DNA of 52,893 bases, the filler included, from Bipalium vagum (Eukaryota), in the NCBI GenBank assembly GCA_037834085.1. It is 3 parts of 3 records of this genome, joined end to end, with 100 filler letters (N's around TTAATTAATTAA, not from the genome) between each part and the next. Parts side by side here need not be neighbours in the genome. Positions count along the whole stretch, not along the records: positions 36,001 to 52,893 come from JBBMKC010087801.1; 2 more parts are not named here. One strand, given 5' to 3'. Positions within the stretch are counted from its first letter, which is position 1. Each line of letters opens with the position of its first letter. Below are positions 40,286-52,300 of this stretch, one piece after another. The notes beneath the pieces were generated by a model, which was not told where the DNA came from, ran no database searches, and saw nothing but the letters and a program-made list of their open reading frames with translations. Both the position numbers and the translations under genes were made by a program.

Positions 40286-40810
40286 GTATAAAAATATAAA
40301 AAAAATAATAAATTAATCTCATTTGTTTAATTATTATAAAACCAATTAAACAAATAAAATGTAAATTAATTTTAAATTAAAAAACGTAATTAATTCTTTA
40401 ATTATAGCTGAAATCTACTACTCTCAAAAGACATTAGGAGTTAGGGAAATTTCACTGTACTGTCATTATTTGTCAGCTGCACTAATTTATTTGGGATTAC
40501 ATCACAGATCGGGAGAACAGACGGGAGTACCATTCTGGACTTTAGTTTATGATAAAGATTGTCCACCGGGGGACTTTTGGTAAAGACTTTTGAGATTAAG
40601 AGTTACGATTTAATTAATTACTGTGTGATTTATACTTGAACGTGCATCGACGTACGTACATCCCTTGGGTTTCAGATATATATTGCTAACTGATAAAATA
40701 GTTTTTCTCTCCTCTCTATTTGTCCAAGTATCGAGTATTATAGCAATATATTATATTAAGATATATTTTGATGTATGGAAAGGAAATTATGAATCCATTA
40801 AACCCATTGT

Positions 40811-42100
40811 ATATATGGTCTAATCGCAAGTTCTGTTCCAACTTCAAAGTATCATACAAAATTAAAATAGACATTTAGAAAGAACCTTATTAAAATACAA
40901 AAAACTATGTACGACACTCAAATTTCTTTCCTTGACACAGGGTCTTAGATGCCGATCCAAACCATCAATGGCAGCACGTCCCATATTCGAATCTATTTCA
41001 ACAACTACTTTAACTAAAGCAGACCCAAACATTTCCAAATTCCTTTGTCGCTTAGAGCACAATTTATCTTTTGAAAATGATCATCAAGGGGATTCAAGAT
41101 TAAGAGTAAGATCTGTTCTAGACTGAAGAGCTCAGTATTTTGTAAATGAAAATATTCTCCAATAGTCTTAACCTTGTGAGATGATGCAGAGTCAAATGCT
41201 TATTTTGAACATTGTTAAATCTATGAGCTTCATTTTCATATCCAGATCTAGCTGTCGTTCTATCACCTTTTTGGAAAAATGTATCTCAGTTGGGTCTAGA
41301 TAAGACACACCATAATATATGGCAACTGATGGCTTCTCTGTATTTTGATACCATTTTCACAATCTTCATAACTGTTCCGAGCATACACTCTACCATTCGA
41401 CTTGTTCAGATATTGGTCAATTGTGAAATATTTCTCATCAGAGAACAAAATGCCCTTCATTACTTTAAAGATGGTTTTTGACGAATTTCCGCACATGTAT
41501 GAAGCCAAAACTGCAACACGGTTATCTTTGATTCCGTACATCACAATGTCCTTTCTTGAAACAATAAGAAGTAATAAGGTGATCAGTCAGTTGGATACGG
41601 GCTATGTGTCATTAATTCTACATTTTTAGTTCTGCAAAATCGATGGTTTGAAAGCTGGCACTGTCTGATGAAGAATATTTTGTTAATTTCAATTTCAAGA
41701 TCCATGTGTTTGTTGGGCAATCATAAACTTACGTAAATCCGAATTTATCATACCGGTAAACTCTTTCTTTTCTGTTCGCTAATGATGACTTTGCAGCCAG
41801 TTTAATCCATTCAATTAATTGATCTTTTTGAATGTTCATAAACCTCGGAATTAATTGCTTATTTCTTCGGTAGCAGCAGAAAAACTAAACCTTATCAGTA
41901 GCACCAATTTCTTTTCATGGATTCCAACCTTGTGTAAGGTCCATGACAACTTTTAACTGTAGTTAGTGTAGATAATTCATTTGTCATAGCCGATTTTTCT
42001 CACGTATCAGTAAAATATCGCAGATTTTATGAATTTCTTTTAGTGAGAATACATAGAATAAAAATATCAAGCTTTCCAAAATAACCAAATTGTCTCAAGC
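40811..42100 (-). mobile_element. Decayed maT/DD37D (Bmmar1-like) transposon
   Basis: ILFSDEKYFTIDQYLNKSNGRVYARN..IQRSHQLPYIMV (41296-41544), DSASSHKVKT (about 41165-41195) and RAAIDGLDRHLRPCVK (40862-41062). Right boundary approximate. Confidence 0.8.
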
Positions 42101-42499
42101 GGATTTGTGAATTAAATTTGATTGACTAAAAGTATTTCTAATTTCCTGAGTTGTTAAATCCTGGTTCCCTTTAACTCGAATCTTCAGTTCACCAGGTTTG
42201 ACTGGCCTCCAATTTTCGGATAAAAGCCTAGATAACAAAGTCTGAAACCGACCTTCAGTTATCTAATTTTTTTCATACTAGGAACATAATTTCTTTAGGC
42301 TGTTATAGAATTTTTAAAGTAAAAAAATGAAAATTCTTGTTATGCATTTCAAATTAGACATCTAAATCAAATTAGACATTCTGTAATGAATATTGAATTA
42401 GTGATTTAAAACTATTTTTACTGGTGTAAATTATATCAATAAGATAGGCATGAAAAAATTTGAATTTTAGAACAATTTAATATAGTATTATAATATATA

Positions 42500-43048
42500 T
42501 ACAGAGTGTCTTGAAAAAATGTATACACACTTAAAATAATTATAAATGCAAAGTTTAATGAAATGCATTTCGGAGAACAGAATCTATTGATATTTCTAGC
42601 TCAAGACTTGCTTGTCTATTCTTAACTTCTATTCTATTCTATTCTTTCTTCCTTTGTGGTACTTGTCGATATTCTCCCTCTTCCAGAACGGTTTTGATGA
42701 CATTTTTAATAGTTCTATTTTTTTCTAATTTATCCAATATTCAACCGATTGCCAGTCTTGTTGGAGGATCTATCTGAAATTCTTTCTTGAACAGGGTTTG
42801 TACCTCTTTTATGTTTTCAAACGCGAAGTAATTTTTGATAATACATTTTCTTTGCTCAAAGTTCAACTTACTATTCAGGATTCAGCCTTTAAGAATAAAT
42901 TTATAGGTTTAAAACATCGGCAAACTCTTACCAGTTTTGGAGTATTTAAACAAACTATAAAAAAAGTCATAATAATATATATAAGGACTTAGAATAATTA
43001 ATTAACGATTTATATTTAAAGTGTGTATACATTTTGAGACACCCTCTA
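42500..43048 (-). mobile_element. Internally deleted Tc1/mariner-superfamily element with TIRs
   Basis: TACAGAGTGTCTTGAAAAAATGTATACACACTT and AAAGTGTGTATACATTTTGAGACACCCTCTA form an inverted pair. Internal KEFQIDPPTRLAI..ILDKLE is an N-terminal remnant. Confidence 0.8.
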
Positions 43049-43949
43049 TATGTATATACATGTGTTGCAGCCGTAATGTCCAATTCTAATATATAAAAGT
43101 AAATATTTTTAGCTCCAGATTTCGTTAGGTTGTATAAAGATAAGTCTCAAAACAGAAAAAATTGTACAGAAAAAAATTTCCTCTATATAGATTGCGTTTA
43201 TTAAGTATTTCTACAAATAGTAGAAAAAAAGCCCAACCCATCTTAAATTGAGAATACTCAAAGGTCTCATAAACCTGAACGATACTAAAAAAGTAAAACA
43301 AATCATGATTTCAAATGTCATAAGATTTTGAGAATGTAATAAAAGTCATTGTTAACAAACAATTGACTCTTCAGCTTTCAATAACCACAATTGTTTAATT
43401 AGTTTCGAGGTTCATATGGTCAGTATTATCATTGCAGATACCTTCATTGTAGCCTTTCAAAGAGATTCTTAAACTGTTATGCTAATCAAAAATTCTGTTT
43501 TATTTAAAGTTATTAATATTAATATTATTAATGTCATACTTAAAATATTAATTAATTTTTTTAATTGATTTAATTATTTATTTCTATTATTTAATCAATA
43601 TCAATTAAATCAATTTTTTTCGATAAATTTTGATAATTAATTTTCGTAAAGATTTAATAATTATTCTCAAATGATAAACATTAAATAAATTTTATTAAAT
43701 TATTTTTAATATTTTCTCCCTGTAGTAATTTGATACATTTTTACCAATGTTTTACATTTATTCTCACAAATATGTACTTTGAAATCAATCAAAACATTCT
43801 CCGTTGTTAAATATAACTGTCATAAATTGGCAGCATGGTTGGTTATTCGTCGAAGTAAAATGGTTTTTCTTTTTTTGAAATTTTGAAATGGTTTTTCAAA
43901 GTACCAAATTTTTTCTGAATAAATTAAAACTACTTTGAGAGTATCAAGA

Positions 43950-44480
43950 GAATAGGCTACACTAGAAAGATTTTTCATTGGACTCTTGGGGTTTATTGGT
44001 AAAAAAGTGACAATATGCCTTCTGACAGACTCATTTTCATTAAATGTTTTCCCGTTTAAGGAGTTCTGCAGCGACAGAAATAAATGATAATTGGTAAAGC
44101 CAATCCGATGATTATGTAGGATGAGGCAAGATATCCCACCCAAGGGCCCATAATTTGTTCCGGGTGACTAAAGATATATGAGGCCTGACATTGCTATGTT
44201 GGTAGACAAATATCTCCCGATTTGCCAATCTTGGACGCTTTATGTGGATTGCATTGTTCTCCTTTGTCAATTGGGAATTAATAGTTTATCAAGATGATAA
44301 CATCTCGTAATAGATTACACCTTTAAAATCGCACCAAACAGAAAGCCTTATCTTCTTGGCGTGAATTCTGCCTTTGGTGAAGATTTTGGTGGCTCACCAG
44401 GACGAACCCACAACTCACTTTTCATTACGGGTAAGCAATTTTTTTCAAGAATGGATGGTTTTCTTGCCGCTTAAGAAATG
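43950..44480 (-). mobile_element. Mariner catalytic-domain fragment (mellifera-like)
   Basis: IHAKKIRLSVWCDFKGVIYYEML, HSNVRPHISLVTRNKLWALGWDILPHP and NYHLFLSLQNSLNGKTF. Confidence 0.8.
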
Positions 44481-44629
44481 GATCACACACACACACATAT
44501 ATTATATATATATGTCAATAAATTGGCCTCAGTTAATCTATGATCATCTTTATTATTTACTTTGATAAACGATAAAATTAGAGGGGGCTAAGGTATGAAT
44601 TAAAGTTTTAACTTTTTTACATGTTGGAT

Positions 44630-45250
44630 AAATAAAATATTTTTGTTCATTTTGATCAAAATTTTGCATGTGGTTTTCCTCTACTCTTGGCTTTTTTCTG
44701 TTAATGCATGAGGCACCCACTTTCCCACCTTTAGAATCTTTCCTAAACCGCGTAAACGATTGGAGATTGTTTGTTGGGAAACATTCAATGAAGCAGCTAA
44801 TTGTACCTGAGTTTGACAGTCGTCTTCGTCCAACAAGTCTTGCAAATCAGGGTCTTCAAATTTTTCGGTGGATTTCCGTGGGCATTGTCATTAAGGTTAA
44901 AATTGCCCGTTTTGAATGTTTGAAACCATTCCCGACGTTCTTTCAGCTAAAGAATTGTTGCCATAAGCCTTTACTAGTAATTTATATACTTCGGCAGGAT
45001 TTTTCTTTAAATTAAATAAAAATAATAAAGCTTCCCGCAAATGGTTATTTTCCTGCACAAATGTTGTCATCCTAAATGTTGTCATAGTAAATAATTAATA
45101 ATGTGCAAACTATTTAAAAATTATTATATTATTATAATTAGCGTTGAAGGTGAATATTATTTGAATAACAACAAATATACAAAAAATAATTTCATTTTAA
45201 TTTTAATTATTAAAAATAAAAACGGCGGAGTCATATTTGTAGACCTAATA
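44630..45250 (-). mobile_element. Mariner 5' half (Mos1/mauritiana-like) with TIR
   Basis: TIR TATTAGGTCTACAAATATGACTCCGCCGTTT (minus, from 45250). NHLREALLFLFNLKKNPAEVYKLLVKAYG, WFQTFKTGNF and LLDEDDCQTQVQLA..GKWVPHAL. Confidence 0.85.
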
Positions 45251-45576
45251 CACTGTCAAAAATGTCTTTGAATATATTTAAATATATTGGGAAAGATAAA
45301 AAAATTACGAGTTCAAATCAATTCATTGATTATTCTAAGTAATAATTTAATTTAATTAGGTTTATTTATATCTAAATTTACTCAAGTCTTATTGGATAAA
45401 AATATTTAAAATAATATTTTGATCTGATTAAGCTACGTTTTAAATTTCTTGCAAATAAAAAATGTGCATTCGTATTTTACACAAAATTAATAAAAAACGA
45501 TATCAAGATTTTGATGGGAATAAATTTAATTCCGACATTATTAATATTGAAATATTTAAGACAGATAAGAATTTAC

Positions 45577-45618
45577 GTGATGCTGACTGATCTCGCCTTG
45601 AAGGTCTTGACACGTAGA
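45577..45618 (-). CDS. SEA-domain type I membrane protein, 42-nt juxtamembrane linker exon
   Basis: Acceptor ttattttttcAG, donor GTAAAT; phase 1 to 1. Translation (I)YVSRPSRRDQSAS. It is a GC-richer island in AT-rich DNA. Confidence 0.65.
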
Positions 45619-46319
45619 CTGAAAAAATAAAACGATAAATGGGATAATTAGGAAAGAATTTCAATATTCCTAAGTTTCATTATGAAATTTGTGTTAAGTT
45701 GGGAAAATAGTGAATGTGAAGGGATCTATTAATGAACACTATTTGTTCTCGTTTAAATAAATATTTTAAAGTCCTAGGATGCTGCATCTGTTCTTTATGA
45801 TACATCTAAACACAGTATTAATTTCAGATTGTTACAGAAATTCAAATGAAAAATATCAATTTCCGCTTTGAACTAAAACATTGCAGACGATCAAAACTGT
45901 TTAAAAACTGGAAAAAATTAGTTCATGCACTTTTTAATAATGAAAGTTTTACTTTTTTCACAATATAATTGTTTAAGTAACCAGTAAATAATGAAATAAA
46001 CGAAACACGTCAAAAATATGCAAATCTTAATGGGATTATTTACCAAGACAATAATGAACGGCCTCATATATCATCGATATGTCTCAGTCAAGACATTAAC
46101 TAACATGAAAGACCATAACAAAGGCTTTGAGATATACTTCCAATGAACATAACCACCATAATTAATTTTGATATGTAGATGTCACAATAAAAAATGGTGT
46201 TTAGCTTTTATCAATTTATAAAGCAAATAGACTTTAATAAAAAAAATTCAAAATATTTCACACACATTTATTTCAATAAATCAATAAATAATAATATTTA
46301 ATTAATTAATTAATTAAAA

Positions 46320-46600
46320 CATAATCTCCCTCATAATCTTCTCGTATAAACTTTGAACTTGGAAATGTGTGGTCTTTATTTTGGCAAACCACCGCTTTTC
46401 TTGTGACAAATATATTTTAGAACCGTTCCCAAAACTGTAATATCATTTAAATATGTTTGTATTTTTCTAAATGTCTTTTATTTCCAGTGGGACACGTTTT
46501 TCCTAATTTCTTGATTAATGTTCTTCTTTTAAGAAATTATTACGCGTTCTCGTAAACATTATTATCAAGCTAATTTTTCAAAATTGGTTTTGTTAAAATC
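46320..46600 (-). mobile_element. Decayed Tc1/mariner-superfamily N-terminal fragment
   Basis: Minus strand FGNG..KKSGG.PK remnant resembles the HTH/RSGRP region. Confidence 0.3.
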
Positions 46601-47916
46601 GAAAAAATAAACAACGGTGACTTTTTAAATTTCTTAAACAAACTGGTATTTTTTCCCATTATATTAAATATTATTTTACATCTTCCCTAAAAATATAAAA
46701 TGTGTCAGTGTAGATTTTATGAGTTTTTAAGAAATAACCATTTTAATTAAACACATAATAGATTAAGATACCGAGATCTACAGTGACATCGATATATTGG
46801 GTTTCCAGAGGCAATAGGATATTAAAACAATTAGACTGCCTGAGAAAATATTTAAAAAGTGATGAAAGCAAAGGAAATCTCTACATCTTGGTTTAAGTAG
46901 TAATTATCTTATTGGCAAATAAAAATACTTTAATATTAATTTTCTTCCAATAAACCATGAATAATAATAATAATAAAATATTAATTTAAATTTCTTTAAA
47001 ATAATACTTCTAAGTTTTTAAGATTTATGGATTATCATTAATTAAAACAAATTTATTCTATGATGTGAACATATAATCATAGAATTAAAATGGTATCAGT
47101 TTATTTATTATTCTGCCATTTTAATACCAATAATTGATTTCAATCAAATAATTAAGGCTCAATTGTACCTTTTTGTCTCTGTAAACATAAACAAATTTAA
47201 TAATCATTTTTTTCCTATTCTTAAAACTTCTTTTATAGAAATAATTAAATATCTTGGATTCAATTCGTCTGGCCTCGTTTTGTTTTAACGGACTAATTAT
47301 AATTATTTTAAAGATGAAATAAAATACATTTTCAAAATTATTAAAATTTTATTTTATGATATTAAGTTATCAATTTTTATTTAAATAATTTATTTTCAGC
47401 TTAACAGTCCCCTTTAGGACTAAAAGTACTGCTTATTACAAATTATATGTGACTGGAATGTGAATAAAATATATTTAATTTCAGAAATACGTATATATGA
47501 GTTTTCCATACTCAAAAATAAAAGATGTTCAATACAATCAATAATTGTAGCCTTGAAAATGACCAATAACATTCTTATTAATAAAGTTATAAAATTTTTA
47601 AAAATTCATCACCTAAAAAATTTCTAAGCAGCTCGTTTAAACAAAGCGGGGCCAAACTGAATCTCAATCAATATTTTTTCAAAATTATTGCAAAATTTAT
47701 GCACATTGAACTCTGAAACTTCGTAGCTAAGTAGACAAGATTATATTTGATTTTCTGGAAACTTCAAAATAAATCCACTGAAAATCGTAATCCAATAAAT
47801 AACATTTACATCAGTGGAGAATTACTATAGTGATTGATTACATTGTTATATTTTTTTATTAAATTTTAATCATTAAGAGAGCTGGTTTTAGATAATTATT
47901 ATTAATTATTAATTAC

Positions 47917-48047
47917 TTGATGTTATAACTGCTTTTTCCTTGAACGCATCAGAAAAAGACTTTTGAACATTTTTCAAAAGTGTTGGATTATTCATGTCTT
48001 CATTTGATCTTAAATGTAATTCCATATCAACTACGACGCTCCCGGGT
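47917..48047 (-). CDS. SEA-domain type I membrane protein, SEA C-terminal exon with GSVVV motif
   Basis: Acceptor ctttttccAG, donor GTAATT; 131 nt, phase 2 to 1. Translation (T)PGSVVVDMELHLRSNEDMNNPTLLKNVQKSFSDAFKEKAVITS. Confidence 0.85.
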
Positions 48048-48306
48048 CTGGAAAAAGATAATATTTAAAAAATTATATTCTATTTGAACATATCCACTGA
48101 CACCAGTGGTTATCATTAATAATCCAAAGGTTTTATTCAAGATATTTTATGTTAAAAATAAAATTACTTTTTATTGGTTATAAGATAAAAATAATGATTA
48201 TAATAAATAATAAAATAAAATTGCAAAATATTAATATTTTAGAGTATTACGTACCCAAACCGAATTATTATTACTACAAGTTGAAAAGGTGTCTATTTTG
48301 TAATAG

Positions 48307-49066
48307 TATTAGGCTGTAAAGAAAAAATGGAGGTTTTAAACATTGAACTTTAAATAAAAAAAATTTAATTTATCAAAATAGAAACAATTACACTATTCAT
48401 TTTCCTCCCAACGAGTCACAAACTTATTTATTCCGATTCATGTCTATGTAACCACTGCTGAAAACGTCAGTGGTTGTCGTACAAGATCCATTTTTCATCA
48501 CATGTCTCAATGCGATCGAGGAAAGATTCCTGACGACACCTCCAAACGATATAATTTTTGCTTTTCTGTCAAATCGTCTGGAACCCATTTTTCGATTTTC
48601 TTTGACTTTTTTATTTATGGTTGTAAACAGTTGTATGCGGAGCAGTCTCAACCAGTGTCTTCAAATCGCATTGGAGATTGAAGATTTTCAACCACAGCCA
48701 CACTATCTTGAATATCTTTATCTCCATCCTTAAATCTCTGAAACCAGCGTTGAGCGCTATGTTAATTAGTGGTACCTTCTCCAAATATGGGGTTCAGATT
48801 TTAAGCGGTTTGTGCAGCATTATCACTCATTTTGTATTTATAAATGAAAACTGTTCTAATTTGGATATCGTTTATCTCCTTTTCAAATACCTAAACAATT
48901 TTAGTTAATTTTCTTTTATGAACAACTTTGGTTGACTTATCTTTTTAAAAAATTTTACTTTAAAATATAAACAAATTTATATTGATAAAACAAAATTTAA
49001 TTTAAAAATTCATAAATCAAAAAAAAAGTCCACAAAAACCGTCATTAACTTCTTTACAACCTAATA
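48307..49066 (-). mobile_element. Internally deleted mariner with both TIRs
   Basis: TATTAGGCTGTAAAGAA at 48307 and TTCTTTACAACCTAATA ending 49066. Minus strand TCDEKWILYDNH and KWVPDDL remnants. Confidence 0.85.
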
Positions 49067-49129
49067 AAGAAGAAAATTGATAAAATAAATATTTATTTAC
49101 ATAAGATAGAACTACAAATTATCCTCTAT

Positions 49130-50160
49130 GCATTTTAACCATTTTTTAGGTTGCTGGTGGGTTTTAACTTGGAAAGAGATGAAGATTTTGAATCTATATA
49201 ATTGGAGATCGATTTTTGAATATCAATAACCGTTTTGAACTTTGAATCAGTTAGAAGATGTTAAATAGACCTGATTAAATAATAATCTGATGGCGTCTGT
49301 CAGGTGAGTAAGAACATGGGGAAGAACTTCCCAATCCAGAGAGGATGCAAGGTGGTCTTTGACGTATATGATAGGATATTTTCATATAAACTAAAAAAAG
49401 TTTTTTTTTCTTTCAGGTGATTCAATTACATTTTATTACATATGTATAATTAGGTCTGTTATACACCATATAAGTAACCTATAGTAGACCAATCCAAAAT
49501 AATGCTACCAAATGAACAGCAAAAAGTTTGGTTGCTTAGAATTTTGCGCTTCTCGATAGCTGAATTTGGTTTCCCAGGAAAAGTACAAGATCCTTTTGTT
49601 TGAGGTCATCGTAACATGTCCAATTTTCATCTTCAATAAAGATCTTGGGTCAAAATTTATTTTTAAATCTTGTTAAGATGAATACAGTATTTTTGTATTG
49701 CATTTTACTGTTCTCCAGAGTAAGACTGTGAACCACCCAGCAACAAGCCTTTGAATCCTTCCTAGTTGTTTGAGTAGGCGGGATATTGCCTGCTGTGTAA
49801 TTCCAAGTTTACCTAGCGTCATATATGGATTTTCTCCCCCTAAATTCTTCGTCTTAATTTTCGTTTCTGACTATGCTTAATCATTTTTTGTTGATGTTTT
49901 ATACCTCGCTTTGCCTTCTCTTAAAGCAGATCTAACAATATCTCTAGCTTCATGTCGTTTTCTTTAATTGGCAAGAAAATAATAAAAGATGTCTTATATC
50001 TATTTTTGAGATGTCATTTGAATTTTCGTTATTTGTATGAAATATTAAAACAAAAAAGATTTTTTATATTGATATTTCATCAATTATCTTTAAATCAAAA
50101 TTTACTCACTTCAGAAAAAAAATCGGTTAGATTGTGACTTTGGACCCATTTACTAAATAA
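49130..50160 (-). mobile_element. Decayed mariner transposon
   Basis: Minus strand QQAISRLLKQLGRIQR..WVVHSLT, LDWEVLPH..YSPD..PSDYYL and KFKTVIDIQKSISNYIDSKS. Boundaries approximate. Confidence 0.7.
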
Positions 50161-50306
50161 AGAACATTTCAACTTGTAGACCTAAAATGATTTAAATTTT
50201 TTCTCAATTAAGAAGAACAGTTACAACGGGTATTTTATTATTTAAAGAAGTATTAAAATTTTTAATTAATAAAAATAGCGTAAAAAATAATTTTTGATTG
50301 ACTAAC

Positions 50307-50517
50307 GTCATTGAGTATACGTTCATTCTGGGAAGTTGTAAAGAATTCACAACTAAGGCTGCGGAAATTATATAAAATTTGTCATAGAGATAACTTTGCG
50401 ATTCTGTAGATTTAATATTGTTATATTCGCTCTGAAATGGGTCTGCAAATGAACATTTGGTTCTGACTCGACTTGAATAAATCCCATAAACGGAACTTCC
50501 AGTCACAAGAGGTCCGG
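50307..50517 (-). CDS. SEA-domain type I membrane protein, SEA N-terminal exon (upstream exons not in window)
   Basis: Acceptor ttttcatttAG, donor GTTAGT; 211 nt, phase 1 to 2. Translation GPLVTGSSVYGIYSSRVRTKCSFADPFQSEYNNIKSTESQSYLYDKFYIISAALVVNSLQLPRMNVYSM(T), with the SEA F..EY.N..S.E pattern. Splices in frame to PGSVVV. Confidence 0.8.
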
Positions 50518-50649
50518 CTAAATGAAAAATATAAAATGAAGATAATTTTATAAAAATTGCTTCTATAACGAAGAGAAGCTTTTAGTCTTTGGAGAAATAT
50601 CCCTTGTATCAAAAGGTTCATAGTTTTGAGAGTTTACGTTCCAAGCCAA

Positions 50650-52300
50650 TTAATATACATGTCTTAATTATGTTTCACATATAGCAGTGGTAACCTTGGA
50701 CCGAGGTTTACAAGCATTACGGAAGTAAATTTATTAAAGGGATACATGTTTTTCAAAATACTTTTTTCCAGGAAATCTTTCATTGAAATTGATTTTTTGT
50801 GAAAGACTCAACCCTCTATCGCCTCTTTGTTATCAATCGTAACATTATAACAGTTTTTATCAACTTTAATAATATTTTTAACAAATTGGACACATACATC
50901 ATCAGAGCGATCTTGATCTGCACCATTTCACGCGGTCAACTTTTTTGATTAATATATGATGAGTTCAATGATAAATTCTTACGTTCCTTCATATGCTGTT
51001 TAAGGTAGTGTAACTATTTGGAGCTGCTTGAATATATCGATTCTCTTTAATTACGTTCCGAACGAAAGTGTTATACTTTTAGGCAGAAATGTGAACTGTC
51101 ATTTAAGAAAGCTGAATTGAAGTTCATTAAAGCACCACCTAATGTACCTAATCCAGACATCTTATCAACATATAATCGATTAATTTCCTCAAAATCAGCC
51201 TAAATTTGCATATCATAAAAATATCGAGGTACAATTATCAACGTTACATGTGGTTAAAGTTGTAGATCAATGGTTTTGAATATTTTCTAATATCTCAATC
51301 GTTGAGTAAGCACGCTCACCGTGGTTGAAATCTTTAAACCAATCAAATTCGACGACTGCAAAGAAATTATAAAATGCTAATCGACAGTGCACAATTATTT
51401 GCTAAATTCTTGAAAATACAATTTTGGTTCAAGAAGAATGTGTAATATCAATTAAATTTGATTTCATTCATCATTGATCGTTTAACCTGAATTTATTTGT
51501 CTCTATTATTGTATTTTTTCTACCAATACTTCATCACAACGAATGCATGTAGGGTATTTTTTATTATTTGTCTTTCAGTTGAAGAAAACACATACGAAAC
51601 CAGAGATATGGTTATTTTTGCTTTAGGTGAAGCTACAGTGAGGTGTAAAAAAATGATTTAGCCTATTCAGATGAGTAAATTTGGATCTTTCGGATTCCGA
51701 AAGCCCTGGTAACTAAAAAAGATGAAGATTTATGTATGACATAAGCAGAGGTCCCTTTGCAACTTGGAGTTACACATTAGGCGATATCCAGTCGACTAAA
51801 ATAGTTAGGAAATATTCAAACAGCTCGCAGATGGCTGCCTCATAATCTTAGTTTGGTGAACATAAACATATACCTTTTAAAACAAAACTTTTAAACAAAA
51901 GCGCTGTTCTTTATGACTCATTGATATTTTCATTTTTCTCCCAGTCATTCTTCTCACTGTTATTTAAATTATATGCGAATATACAAACCCATATTAATCT
52001 ATTTAAGCAAAAATAAATAAATTGATAATAATCATTAAATAAAGATTTATTTAAAGTTCCTGATCGCCCATTTCCCGTGAATTAGTCTAATATATATTAT
52101 TCTTAACTGATTTTTAACTTTAAGTCATCAAAGTATTTCACTTGAAATCGTATGAGCTCCGTTTGACAATGTATCAACTGAAATAACACAGAGACATTGA
52201 CAGAAAGCCTAATGTGTCGACATACACACATTTTTGTTGATTCAGCCAGCCGAGCAGCATACAGGCTGTTGAGAAGTCTGCATAAAATGTTTGGTAAACA
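50650..52300 (-). pseudogene. Candidate endogenous viral element: degraded Bunyavirales-like L protein (RdRp core)
   Basis: In order on minus: MSHKEQR..VYV..HQTKIMRQP (51833-51921, premotif A); FYTS..SPKA (about 51620-51650, motif A remnant); TLGGALMNFNSAFL (about 51105-51146, motif B); SDD (50898-50906, motif C); SMKDFLEKS and FNKFTSVMLV..PLLYVK (about 50675-50790, motifs D/E). Multiple stops and frameshifts. Boundaries approximate. Confidence 0.55.

Noticed and set aside
47600-47790. Alternative terminal exon for the SEA gene (acceptor ttttcAG giving MDLF*)
   Set aside because: Only 4 codons; the 45577/37344/36034 exon chain gives a far more coherent protein.
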